Position numbers and translations under genes: made by a program. A model generated the notes under the pieces. It ran no database searches and was not told where the DNA came from. It worked only from the letters and a program-made list of their open reading frames with translations. Below, piece by piece: positions 17,796-26,281 of a stretch of DNA of 64,000 nt. The stretch is from a virus (lineage: Duplodnaviria; Caudoviricetes), in the IMG/VR virus record IMGVR_UViG_3300028549_001457, positions 160,001 through 224,000 of that record; one strand, 5' to 3'. Position 1 is the first letter of the stretch; each line of letters starts with the position of its first letter.

Positions 17796-17887
17796 GCGCG
17801 TGTGCCCAAATCTTGGCAAAGGGGCAGGACTGAGATTCCTGTGTGCCGAAAGGCCGACTGTGGGTTCGATCCCCATCACGCGCACCA
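17796..17887 (+). tRNA. tRNA-Leu(GAG)
   Basis: cagga-ct gag at-tcctg arm; long V arm; ACCA end. Confidence 0.9.
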
Positions 17888-17894
17888 ATACAAT

Positions 17895-17981
17895 GCCGAG
17901 AGCGCCTCACTGGACGGGGCACCAGTCTGTAAAACTGGCACTCGCAAGGGTTAGTGGGTTCGATTCCCACTCTCGGCACCA
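17895..17981 (+). tRNA. tRNA-Tyr(GTA)
   Basis: ccagt-ct gta aa-actgg arm; ACCA end. Confidence 0.85.
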
Positions 17982-17988
17982 ATACAAT

Positions 17989-18080
17989 GCGTTAGCCGCA
18001 GAGACGGTGGACTGCATCCGGCTGTAACCCGGAATGGGGGAGACCCCGCACTGGAGGTTCGAATCCTCTCTAACGCACCA
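17989..18080 (+). tRNA. tRNA-Tyr(GTA)
   Basis: tccgg-ct gta ac-ccgga arm; ACCA end. Confidence 0.85.
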
Positions 18081-18087
18081 ATTCAAT

Positions 18088-18166
18088 ATCCCCGTAGCTC
18101 AGCCCGGATTAGAGCGCAAGTTTGCGAAACTTGAGGTCGCTGGTTCAAACCCAGTCGGGGATACCA
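18088..18166 (+). tRNA. tRNA-Arg(GCG)
   Basis: caagt-tt gcg aa-acttg arm; ACCA end. Confidence 0.85.
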
Positions 18167-18172
18167 ATCAAT

Positions 18173-18247
18173 GCCGACCTAGCTTAACGGAAGAGCTTTA
18201 GTCTTCGAAACTAACAAGTCCCGGTTCAAATCCGGGGGTCGGTACCA
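18173..18247 (+). tRNA. tRNA-Arg(TCG)
   Basis: ttagt-ct tcg aa-actaa arm; ACCA end. Confidence 0.85.
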
Positions 18248-18251
18248 ATAC

Positions 18252-18328
18252 CGGAATGTAGCGCAGCCTGATAGCGCACTGCCTTGGGGTGGCAGGGGCC
18301 GTGAGTTTAAATCTCACCATTCCGACCA
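18252..18328 (+). tRNA. tRNA-Pro(GGG)
   Basis: ctgcc-tt ggg gt-ggcag arm; ACCA end. Confidence 0.85.
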
Positions 18329-18369
18329 ATCGAATTTGCAGCCTAGGTGAGGTTGTTGATTCCCAGAGT

Positions 18370-18455
18370 GTGTAGGTGGCAGAATGGTTTATGCAACAGG
18401 TTGTGATCCTGTGGACGAAAGTCCTATGCGGGTTCGAGTCCCGTCCTACACCCCA
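18370..18455 (+). tRNA. tRNA-His(GTG) with long variable arm
   Basis: acagg-tt gtg at-cctgt arm; ggac-gaaa-gtcc V arm; C73-CCA. Confidence 0.85.
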
Positions 18456-18459
18456 ACAA

Positions 18460-18534
18460 CGCGCATGTGACCCGAGTGGCTAGGGCTAGGTCTGATCCTG
18501 CGGGTTGGGAGTTCAAGTCTCCTCGGACACCCCA
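18460..18534 (+). pseudogene. degenerate or chimeric tRNA
   Basis: D and T arms and CCA present, but acceptor strands do not pair. Confidence 0.5.
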
Positions 18535-18538
18535 TCAT

Positions 18539-18615
18539 GTTCCGTATGCCGAAGTAGTCGAGGCGGTGCTCTGCAAAAGCACTCTTAGTCGGGGCGGGTC
18601 CGACACGGAACTCCA
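18539..18615 (+). tRNA. tRNA-Cys(GCA) with atypical T loop
   Basis: gtgct-ct gca aa-agcac arm; U73; T loop ggcgggt. Confidence 0.8.
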
Positions 18616-18812
18616 TATTTAGTGTCCCATACCAGAATATCAACTTTTAGTTGGTCTAAGGTTATACATGATTTGGAATGTTTTTTCATATTTCATGGAT
18701 GGGCTGGTAGTAGAGATACCCAGTTCTGCACTCAAGGCTGAAACCACCTGTGGGGTAGTAGTGCAACGCAATCCTTACATTGTAGGTTCAACTCCTACCA
18801 AGATATTTCTAT

Positions 18813-18887
18813 GCGGGTGTAACTCAGTGGTAGAGTGCGACCTTGCCAAGGTCGAAGTCGAGGGTTCAAATCCCTTCACCCGCTCCA
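18813..18887 (+). tRNA. tRNA-Gly(GCC)
   Basis: canonical cloverleaf; TCCA end. Confidence 0.95.
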
Positions 18888-18916
18888 ATTTATTCCCTCT
18901 TTTATTAGAGGTGTAG

Positions 18917-20257
18917 ATGCTTAAGGTTTCCAGGATTCTTTCAACTGACGGTGCATCCAAAGAATCTCTTCTTGAGACTGGCCATACGCTACTTCGTGAA
19001 GATTACGATAGACTCATAAGTGAAATTAAACCTCTTCCCCATGAGGTTTTCTATGTTGGTGATATTGAGATTATTCGTAATCCAACGGGTGCTGACTATA
19101 GAGGTATGGCAAATGAAATCAGATCTGAGATTGGAAATGACTTCTCGGGGGATCCGCTGTTAAGATATACCCTTGATAGTTTCGGCAATCGTTGGATCTG
19201 GAAAGCAACAGAGGGTCTTCACAACCAGATCGAGCCTTTAATCTCTCAAAGGGAGCGTGTAGAGGTCGGTCAGAGTCTAGGGATTCCCTCCCATTCTAGT
19301 TTAATTAGGGATGCCGTGAGAGCCAAGAAGCAGATTCCTTTAGATGTGCAGGCTCAGTATCCAAATTACGCTGAATACTTCCCCAGGACTGCTATGCTTA
19401 AGGTTTCCAAGCTCCTAGAGGACCCCACAGAGTCTCCTGCGTTCCAAGCGTGGTTCGCTGGCTCCAAGGTTGTAGATGCCGCTGGGAAGCCTGCCAGGGT
19501 CTTTCACGGCACTGACAAAAAGTTCAATTCTTTTAATCTCAATAAAACCACGCAGGGTATTATTTGGTTTACCTCTGACAAGGCCTCAGTAGAGGCTGGT
19601 GACGTAGGCGCACAGGGTCGTGGGGTCATTATGGAACTCTACGCCTGCATTAAGAATCCCGCTGGATGGAAAGAATACGATCAGTATGGTTTGGGGGAAT
19701 TAAAAGCTAGGGGTTTTGATGGTGCAATTCTTCCCGAGAAGGATGGCTCCTTTACTGGGTTTGTCTTCCACCCACATCAGCTTAAGTCTGTAGCCAATAA
19801 AGGGAAGTGGGATCCAAAAAGTCATTACTTGACTGCTTCATATATCCCTAGAACGCTCACGAATTTTAAATCAGATGAGACAAACGGTGCAGCCTGTGAC
19901 ATATTCAAAGGCTTTTATCCAAAGTATGAGCTTGGGAAGGCTATTGCGTTAACGCGAAGTGAGTTATCAAAGCGTGGTTTTAATCTTACACCATTAGAAG
20001 ATGTTAAACCACTTTTGGACTCTCTTACACCAGCGCCAGTTAAGCCTGTTGTGGCGCAGCAGCCTCAGTTATTTTCTAATGAAGAGATGCGATACTCATC
20101 TGAGATCGATCCAAATACGCCTTACTATGTAGTAGATATTAAGACGGGCGAGATTGTTGGGAAATACATCTATAAGAATCGCAATAGAGCCCGTGCTTTT
20201 AAGGATCGTAAAGATCAAGAGTATGGCGCTGTGCGGTATGTTTGTAAGCTAGGTTAA
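18917..20257 (+). CDS. MLKVS-tagged multidomain protein with ART-like polyvalent-protein domain
   Basis: starts MLKVSRIL; internal MLKVSKLL; AFQAWFAGSKVVDAAGKPARVFHGT motif. Confidence 0.6.
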   Translation: MLKVSRILSTDGASKESLLETGHTLLREDYDRLISEIKPLPHEVFYVGDIEIIRNPTGADYRGMANEIRSEIGNDFSGDPLLRYTLDSFGNRWIWKATEGLHNQIEPLISQRERVEVGQSLGIPSHSSLIRDAVRAKKQIPLDVQAQYPNYAEYFPRTAMLKVSKLLEDPTESPAFQAWFAGSKVVDAAGKPARVFHGTDKKFNSFNLNKTTQGIIWFTSDKASVEAGDVGAQGRGVIMELYACIKNPAGWKEYDQYGLGELKARGFDGAILPEKDGSFTGFVFHPHQLKSVANKGKWDPKSHYLTASYIPRTLTNFKSDETNGAACDIFKGFYPKYELGKAIALTRSELSKRGFNLTPLEDVKPLLDSLTPAPVKPVVAQQPQLFSNEEMRYSSEIDPNTPYYVVDIKTGEIVGKYIYKNRNRARAFKDRKDQEYGAVRYVCKLG

Positions 20258-20262
20258 TACCT

Positions 20263-20341
20263 GGGAGTGAGTGCCAATGGATGGCAGACGGTCTCCAAAA
20301 CCGTTGTTTTAGTGCAGGTTCGACTCCTGTCTCTCCCGCCA
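20263..20341 (+). tRNA. tRNA-Trp(CCA)
   Basis: acggt-ct cca aa-accgt arm; GCCA end. Confidence 0.85.
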
Positions 20342-20346
20342 TTTAT

Positions 20347-20421
20347 GGTCCCATCGTCCAATGGCCTTGGCCTCCTCCCGATTAGCGGAAGATCACGGTT
20401 CGAGTCCGTGTGGGGCTACCA
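20347..20421 (+). pseudogene. degenerate tRNA, anticodon arm unresolved
   Basis: acceptor, T arm and ACCA intact; anticodon stem mismatched. Confidence 0.55.
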
Positions 20422-20444
20422 ATTATTGTTTGTATTACAGTCAT

Positions 20445-20520
20445 GCGCCCGTAGCTCAATTGGCAGAGCATTCGGCTTTTAACCGAAGGGTTACCAGTTC
20501 AAGTCTGGTCGGGCGCACCA
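20445..20520 (+). tRNA. tRNA-Lys(TTT)
   Basis: canonical cloverleaf. Confidence 0.95.
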
Positions 20521-20523
20521 AAT

Positions 20524-20601
20524 CCTCGCATAGCTCAGTCTGGTATGAGCGAACGCCTGATAAGCGTTAGGTCAGTGGTTCAAATCCACTTGCGAGGACC
20601 A
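20524..20601 (+). tRNA. tRNA-Ile(GAT)
   Basis: canonical cloverleaf. Confidence 0.95.
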
Positions 20602-20706
20602 ATAACTAAGAGGGTCCAGAAGACCCTCTTTATTCCCTACCTTACCACGCCACGCCTTGCATTACCGCACCACGCCGTGTGTAATCTAGATACAAACTAA
20701 TTAATT

Positions 20707-20782
20707 GGGGCCTTAGCTCATATGGGAGAGCGCTTCCTCGGCATGGAAGAGGTGACGGGTTCGACTCCCGTAGGTTCCACCA
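20707..20782 (+). tRNA. tRNA-Ala(GGC)
   Basis: G3:U70; canonical cloverleaf. Confidence 0.9.
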
Positions 20783-20872
20783 ATGACCCGGCTGCGACCC
20801 ACACAAAGGATACAGCGCTATTGCTGCGCTGTATTTCGGGCAGGGAGGCCGGGTTTATAGAATTTCATTTAC

Positions 20873-20948
20873 GGGTCTGACGCCTCAATGGGGAGGCACT
20901 CCCCTCGCACGGGAGATTAGGCGGGTTCGATCCCCGTCAGATCCACCA
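20873..20948 (+). tRNA. tRNA-Ala(CGC)
   Basis: G3:U70; ctccc-ct cgc ac-gggag arm. Confidence 0.85.
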
Positions 20949-20978
20949 TCAATACCCGTATAATTTAAAAGGTGATCC

Positions 20979-21196
20979 ATGATCTCCATAAAGAGTTTAG
21001 TTGATAAAGGTAAAAAGGTCCGTTTTTCTTGGTATCGGGATGGGGATATGTGGTATGTCACAGATTGTGGGTTTGAGTTCCCAGTCCCCTTTCCGAGGTA
21101 GGGACCGCCCTGCTTAAGTCTGAAGACAAAGCCATTCTTTTTATGAGATATATCCGCAAGCATGTGGATCTTTTAGAATCGGCTAAGACTCACTAA
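20979..21196 (+). pseudogene. small phage gene interrupted by a one-base frameshift
   Basis: MISIKSLV...FPVPF hits TAG; the -1 frame continues SEVGTALLKSEDKAILFMRYIRKH to TAA. Confidence 0.5.
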
Positions 21197-21228
21197 AAAT
21201 CTTCCTGTATGTTTATAGGAGGATTTCC

Positions 21229-22152
21229 ATGAAGCATGTGCTTGATAAACTTCAGGGTAAGAAGGTTTTAGTTCTTGGCGACTTAATGCTAGATGAATAC
21301 GTCTATGGGGAAGTCACTCGAATAAGCCCAGAGGCTCCCGTCCCTATTGTTCGCGTGTTGCGCCGAGTCTACTCATTAGGTGGTGCTGCTAATGTAGCTG
21401 CTGGTCTTGCCGCGCTCGGCGCTAATCCCACTCTAATTGGTATCTGTCAATTTGATAAAGCGGGTTTACAGTTAAAAGCCATGCTTGAAGAACATGGGAT
21501 TGAGCATACCCTGGTAACTTCACATAAGCCCACTACTGTAAAGACAAGGGTTATAGGTCATCAGCAGCAAATGTTGCGTATTGATGAGGAGGACACATTT
21601 CCTCATGGGGACTCCCTCAATCGTAGGGTTCGTGAGGGTATTTTAGCAGCTTTAAAGGGGTCACCATGTGCAGTAATTGTTTCGGATTATGCAAAAGGTG
21701 TTGTTAACCAAGAGGTTCTTGGGCTTATTCGATGTTGCGGGGTTCCTTGGGTGGTTGACCCCAAGCCAATTCATAAGGAATTTTATCGGGGGGCAACAGC
21801 CTTAACTCCTAATATGAGTGAAATGTTGGGTATGTGTGGGAAGGGTCCTTTAGAGCAGGAAGGTCATTATTTAATTGATGAGTTAGGGCTAAAGGGATTG
21901 CTCATAACTAGGGGTGAGCATGGCATGTTGGTTTGTGAAGGGGGTTCTAGTCACAGTATTCCCACAGTAGCGCAAGAGGTTTTTGATGTTAGCGGTGCAG
22001 GTGATACTGTTATTGCAACGTTTAGTGCAGCATTGGGTGTGGGAGCTTCCTGGATTGAGGCCGCTAAACTTGCCAATGTTGCAGCAGGAATTGCTGTAGG
22101 TAAGCTGGGAACCTCTACGGTATCCAGGGACGAACTCTTAGCACGTTTATAG
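21229..22152 (+). CDS. rfaE1: D-glycero-beta-D-manno-heptose-7-phosphate kinase (HldE kinase domain, PfkB family)
   Basis: GDLMLDEYVYGEVTRISPEAPVP, SDYAKG, TPN, DVSGAGDTVIA. Confidence 0.9.
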   Translation: MKHVLDKLQGKKVLVLGDLMLDEYVYGEVTRISPEAPVPIVRVLRRVYSLGGAANVAAGLAALGANPTLIGICQFDKAGLQLKAMLEEHGIEHTLVTSHKPTTVKTRVIGHQQQMLRIDEEDTFPHGDSLNRRVREGILAALKGSPCAVIVSDYAKGVVNQEVLGLIRCCGVPWVVDPKPIHKEFYRGATALTPNMSEMLGMCGKGPLEQEGHYLIDELGLKGLLITRGEHGMLVCEGGSSHSIPTVAQEVFDVSGAGDTVIATFSAALGVGASWIEAAKLANVAAGIAVGKLGTSTVSRDELLARL

Positions 22153-22218
22153 GTAGTATTCATGCAGTTCTTACGAATCAGTTGCCCTGGAGAACTCTAC
22201 CGCAATTATTAATTCCAT

Positions 22219-22293
22219 TGGGATGTAGGCTAATTGGTAAACCGACAGACTCTGAATCTGTCTTTCTCCGTTCAAATCGGAGCATCCCAACCA
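22219..22293 (+). tRNA. tRNA-Gln(CTG)
   Basis: canonical cloverleaf. Confidence 0.9.
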
Positions 22294-22336
22294 AAGTATT
22301 TCCTTTTTAGGAAGTCATCCTAAATTAGACCCTATA

Positions 22337-22525
22337 TTGATGAGGCAGATCATGGATCAAGCTTTGTTAGTAGAGGTTATCAAGTATATAACGGCGTATT
22401 CTGACTCGCTACATGCTGAACGGGTTTCTCTCCTAAAAACTGAGAACATGGGTGGGGTTCAATTAATACGTGAACGAATCAAGCAAGTTGAATATGTTTT
22501 GGAGCAGCTTAAAGCTCTCAAATAA
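22337..22525 (+). CDS. hypothetical protein
   Basis: 62 aa coiled-coil-like ORF. Confidence 0.45.
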   Translation: MMRQIMDQALLVEVIKYITAYSDSLHAERVSLLKTENMGGVQLIRERIKQVEYVLEQLKALK

Positions 22526-22563
22526 CTTTGTTGTATCTCTAATAAGCTGTTTGTGGAGATATT

Positions 22564-22860
22564 TTGAGCGAATCTTGGACAACCAAACTAAAGATCCCCA
22601 GGTCCTTTTTTACGGATGGACCTACTCTGTTGCTAAACGGAGAGTCTGTATCTGTTAGTCACGATACAGACTCGCAGAGTTCTGCCATTTGTTTAAAGGA
22701 TACTCTCGGGAGACATCTATGGGTGTATTTTGTTTTTAAAGCTGGAGACGATGGGTTTGTATCTATGTTTGACCGCACTTTCTCTAATATGGGTGCGGAG
22801 TGGATGGTCCCGGCAATTAAAAAAGCTTGGAAGAAGTCAATAATGCCTGAGCACACTTGA
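22564..22860 (+). CDS. hypothetical protein
   Basis: 98 aa ORF, TTG start after GGAG. Confidence 0.45.
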   Translation: MSESWTTKLKIPRSFFTDGPTLLLNGESVSVSHDTDSQSSAICLKDTLGRHLWVYFVFKAGDDGFVSMFDRTFSNMGAEWMVPAIKKAWKKSIMPEHT

Positions 22861-22886
22861 ATTTTAGATTCTTTATGTAATACCTT

Positions 22887-22982
22887 GGAGGTGTTAACCG
22901 AAATTGGTATCGGCCCAGTCTTGAAAACTGGTCGGGGCATGAGTAATGTCCTGTGCAGGTTCGACCCCTGTCACCTCCGCCA
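22887..22982 (+). tRNA. tRNA-Ser(TGA)
   Basis: ccagt-ct tga aa-actgg arm; long V arm; GCCA end. Confidence 0.9.
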
Positions 22983-22984
22983 AA

Positions 22985-23025
22985 AACCCACAGAAATAGC
23001 TGTAATAGGGTTTCTGTGGGTCTTC
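22985..23025. terminator. bidirectional hairpin terminator between convergent units
   Basis: acccacagaaa/tttctgtgggt stem. Confidence 0.6.
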
Positions 23026-23036
23026 TCTAAAGGTCT

Positions 23037-23498
23037 CTAGGTTGCTGAACCCTGTTCATGTTTGACAATGGCTTCTATGAGTGCCCGGAGCACTCCATTC
23101 TTGTATGCGAAATATGGGACGTTGTTCCAGTCATCTTTTTCAGCACGGGCTAACATTTCAGTCATATAGGATTTAGCCTTAGCCTTTATCTGCGAGAGTC
23201 TAAGAATACCAAAACCAGGGTCATCTACTGACCCTGTCTTGGTCTCCTGCTTCTTAAGTTTCCTGTTAATTGCATTTTCACAAGTCTTACGGGTTCTTTC
23301 TCCGTAAACCTTCATTGCATCACACTTATAGCCTGCGCCCAGGAGATCAATACGGTATTGCTTACCGTTTATTGCAGTGAACATATCCGAACTAATGGTT
23401 AATTTACTTGTTCTGATCATTCTAGTATTCCTCTCGGCCATACCCCCGGCCTTCGTCTCTATCGGCGCACCTGTCGCACTGGTAGCCTCTGCGAACAT
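23037..23498 (-). CDS. hypothetical protein (true start may be downstream)
   Basis: ORF track; minus-strand pair with next gene. Confidence 0.55.
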   Translation of the reverse strand: MFAEATSATGAPIETKAGGMAERNTRMIRTSKLTISSDMFTAINGKQYRIDLLGAGYKCDAMKVYGERTRKTCENAINRKLKKQETKTGSVDDPGFGILRLSQIKAKAKSYMTEMLARAEKDDWNNVPYFAYKNGVLRALIEAIVKHEQGSAT

Positions 23499-23892
23499 CT
23501 CCCGCTGTTAACGAGTTTTCTTTTCCGCATGTTGGGCATGGGTATACTCGATCTCCAGCCCTGAGGGAACTATTCCCGCCTGGATCTGCAAAGTCATCAT
23601 CATCATCCCAGTCACGGGGAGACTCATCCTCATCTCCATACAGGTGCCAAATAGATCCTTGCTTACGGAAATCGTGTTTTACATATCGGTTTCCGTTGGG
23701 AAATGTTACTGCCTCCCCGTCCTGGACCATCTGGTCTACTTCGTAGAGTGCGTCCCCAATAGCTGATACAAGGGTCTGATAGTCATCTGATAGAACCCCT
23801 TTCTTTTGGAGAAGTCCAGTTAGGAGTGTCGTAAGGGAGTCCGTCATGGACTTTTTAGTAGACCCACTCAGAATTTTGCTTATTTTAAGCAT
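23422..23892 (-). CDS. MLKIS-tagged hypothetical protein with C-terminal zinc ribbon
   Basis: MLKISKILS start after GAGGTG; CPTCG...CDRC. Confidence 0.65.
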   Translation of the reverse strand: MLKISKILSGSTKKSMTDSLTTLLTGLLQKKGVLSDDYQTLVSAIGDALYEVDQMVQDGEAVTFPNGNRYVKHDFRKQGSIWHLYGDEDESPRDWDDDDDFADPGGNSSLRAGDRVYPCPTCGKENSLTAGDVRRGYQCDRCADRDEGRGYGREEY

Positions 23893-23934
23893 ACACACCT
23901 CTTAACTAAAGAGTTCTTTTAAAAAGGGGTCTTC

Positions 23935-24663
23935 GTGATGATTCTTAAACTGGTTATATTAATAAGTCTTTCTTTTACAGTTATTAGTTGCTACTCCCCT
24001 GAAGACTCTTCAAATATATCTGTGTATTCTGCACAAGTGGCACCCCCGAAAGAGCCAGAGCAAATGGTTATGAAGGCCCAGATGGTGCCCAAGAAACACC
24101 TTAAGCGTGTAGTGACCCCTCGTGTAGAGAGCCATGCCTCTGAGCCCATTCCAGTTCACGCCCGACATCCTGATCATTTTTATAGAGGTATCCCCGCTAC
24201 TGTATCAATAACCTTTGGCGATGCTCTAGTTAAGAAGGTGGGGACGTTGGAACAAACCGATTTAATCCCTCAAGCGGTAGCATACTCGATAGTCCTTCAG
24301 GGTGATCCAGTGGATCAATTCATTATAACTCCTCAACAGCAAGTTATTGAGGCACCTACTGCGGGGATCCCTTCATCAACCGCATATTTTAGCGTGACCC
24401 CTCTAAGTCGAGGGCAGAAAAAACTTACATACTTCGTTAAGGCTCAATTGGAGCTGAATACCCCAGGTATAGGTCTTCCTGAGTTGCATCGGGATATCTT
24501 GGTTGAGGTTAATAAACAATCTGTCTATGTATCTATTAAAACCTTTCTACGTGAACACAGTGGGAAGTTTCTATCAGCAGTTGGGGCCGCAGTTGGCGCT
24601 TGGTTAGTTGTGTTGCTCAAGAAATTGTGGAATAAGAAGAAATCTTTTACTAGAGGTAATTAG
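23935..24663 (+). CDS. putative lipoprotein or membrane protein
   Basis: signal peptide ending VISC; C-terminal TM helix. Confidence 0.6.
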   Translation: MMILKLVILISLSFTVISCYSPEDSSNISVYSAQVAPPKEPEQMVMKAQMVPKKHLKRVVTPRVESHASEPIPVHARHPDHFYRGIPATVSITFGDALVKKVGTLEQTDLIPQAVAYSIVLQGDPVDQFIITPQQQVIEAPTAGIPSSTAYFSVTPLSRGQKKLTYFVKAQLELNTPGIGLPELHRDILVEVNKQSVYVSIKTFLREHSGKFLSAVGAAVGAWLVVLLKKLWNKKKSFTRGN

Positions 24664-24664
24664 T

Positions 24665-25039
24665 ATGTTAAAAGTTTCCAGACTTTTATCCCATATAGCT
24701 CTACGCGATCCGTCCTGGATTAACGGTCCTGATACTGGGTCTGGCTGGGAATACCCAACTGAGAACTTTACAGCGGATGTGGCCATCTTGCTACCAGATG
24801 GGAGTTCTAAAGAATTCCCACTTGCAGGTACTTGTTGGTATACTCCAGATGAAGATTTTGAGTATACGTTAGACACCCCCTCCTTATCCATATACAATGA
24901 GCTTGGGAAAACAGTTTGGGAAGAGAATCTATGTGACGAACAGATTCGAGAACAGGTAGACCTCCCTAGTTGGGAATCGCAGTTTGCGTCAGCTCATGAA
25001 CCCGATTATGATGATGCTGGCACTTGGGGGGATTTCTAA
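24665..25039 (+). CDS. MLKVS-tagged acidic hypothetical protein
   Basis: ATG 24665 after AGAGG; MLKVSRLLS. Confidence 0.65.
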   Translation: MLKVSRLLSHIALRDPSWINGPDTGSGWEYPTENFTADVAILLPDGSSKEFPLAGTCWYTPDEDFEYTLDTPSLSIYNELGKTVWEENLCDEQIREQVDLPSWESQFASAHEPDYDDAGTWGDF

Positions 25040-25055
25040 ATCCCTCGTTAGTTAT

Positions 25056-25131
25056 GGGGTGATAACATCAATGGTAGATGGCTTCCTTTACACGGAAGAG
25101 GCTGGGGGTTCAAATCCCTCTCATCCCACCA
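25056..25131 (+). tRNA. tRNA-Val(TAC)
   Basis: cttcc-tt tac ac-ggaag arm; ACCA end. Confidence 0.9.
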
Positions 25132-25218
25132 GATTTTACTAGTACTGCTATAGATGTAAGCAACAATTTTGCTTATATATCAATATTCTTGTTGGTATGT
25201 ATTCTCAGGAGGCATTAC

Positions 25219-25845
25219 ATGCAAGCAGGGTTGACAGATATTACGTTTATTCTAGACCGTAGTGGGTCCATGTCACGGATCAAAGCGGATACCGAGGGCG
25301 GCTTTAATACTTTCCTTGAAGAACAAAAAAAGGTAGATGGCGAATGCACAGTCAATCTCTATCAGTTCGATAATAAGTATGAAGTTGTTTACGAGGATAC
25401 CCCGCTAGCTGCGGCCCCCCCTCTCGTGCTCATTCCCAGAGGGAATACTGCTCTTCTCGATGCAATTGGTCGCACAGTTGAAGCTAGAGGCGCTAGATAT
25501 ACCGAAATGGATGAAGACAAACGTCCCGAGCATGTCATATTTGTTATTATGACTGATGGGGAAGAAAACGCCAGCCAGGAATATACTCTGGATACCATTA
25601 AGAGTATGCTTGAGCATCAGCAGGAGGTCTATGGTTGGACCGTTATTTATCTGGGAGCCAATCAGGACGCCATTAAGGTTGGAGGTCACTTAGGCATTGC
25701 TAAGGGTAGTTCCATGACCTATGATGCCTGTTCCGTGGGGGCAACCTATTCTGTTGTGTCCGATAGCGTATTGAAGGTGCGTTCTATGGGGACTAGTGTG
25801 TCGTTTTCAGATAGCCAGCGTGATGCGGCTAACGGTAAAGTTTAA
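25219..25845 (+). CDS. von Willebrand factor A domain protein
   Basis: ILDRSGSM MIDAS, TALLDAIG, IMTDGEENAS; ATG after AGGAGG. Confidence 0.85.
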   Translation: MQAGLTDITFILDRSGSMSRIKADTEGGFNTFLEEQKKVDGECTVNLYQFDNKYEVVYEDTPLAAAPPLVLIPRGNTALLDAIGRTVEARGARYTEMDEDKRPEHVIFVIMTDGEENASQEYTLDTIKSMLEHQQEVYGWTVIYLGANQDAIKVGGHLGIAKGSSMTYDACSVGATYSVVSDSVLKVRSMGTSVSFSDSQRDAANGKV

Positions 25846-25863
25846 CCCCTAGCTGAAATCACA

Positions 25864-26032
25864 CCGTGGGGTTATCAGGTGTGTCCCACCTGGAGTGTTT
25901 TACATTGTAATGCACCGAAGCGAGAACAGTCCATACAGTTTGTGTGGTTTAAACAGGGTGGCTGTTTTCGCAGGATGAAGTTTTTGATGAAGGCTTGTGC
26001 AGTCAGGTAGGAGCAAAACCCCTGGTAAACGG
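25864..26032 (+). ncRNA. rod-shaped RNA with internal bubble, 6S-like candidate
   Basis: nested pairings ccgt/acgg, ttatcagg/cctggtaa, tgcac/gtgca, gcgagaacagt/gctgttttcgc. Confidence 0.4.
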
Positions 26033-26135
26033 CAAGACTTAGTCAAGAATGCGGCTCCCTCCTAGTGTTATATATCCAGACCACTAGGGCTGTAGGTGCA
26101 AAGACGGGGTCCCCCCTTTTGCATCATCCGCATAT

Positions 26136-26222
26136 GGTAGAGTGGCCAGTGGTCGGCAAACTGTTTCGAAAACAGTCGCTCCTGTAAGGGGGTTGTAGGT
26201 TCGAATCCTATCTCTACCGCCA
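26136..26222 (+). tRNA. tRNA-Ser(CGA)
   Basis: actgt-tt cga aa-acagt arm; GCCA end. Confidence 0.9.
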
Positions 26223-26281
26223 AAGCTATTTCTAGCTTCTTTGATTTAACTTTCGGTATTACTATTATTGCTGGAGTACAA

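Noticed and set aside
18690-18805. Additional Y-like RNA or tRNA
   Set aside because: Has a T-loop hairpin (gtagg-ttcaact-cctac) but no acceptor pairing and no TACTTC scaffold.
12591-18960. Short ORFs overlapping tRNAs and RNase P RNA (e.g. 12886, 13311, 14764, 14780, 16367, 17794, 18446, 18668)
   Set aside because: They overlap well-formed RNA genes and have no protein motifs.
20347-20421. Ochre suppressor tRNA (TTA anticodon)
   Set aside because: That register needs G32/A33 and a mismatched stem; an alternative GAT register is equally poor, so it is treated as degenerate.
20637-20680. CCACG/CCTTG pentamer run
   Set aside because: Only about eight imperfect units; too short to support a functional call.
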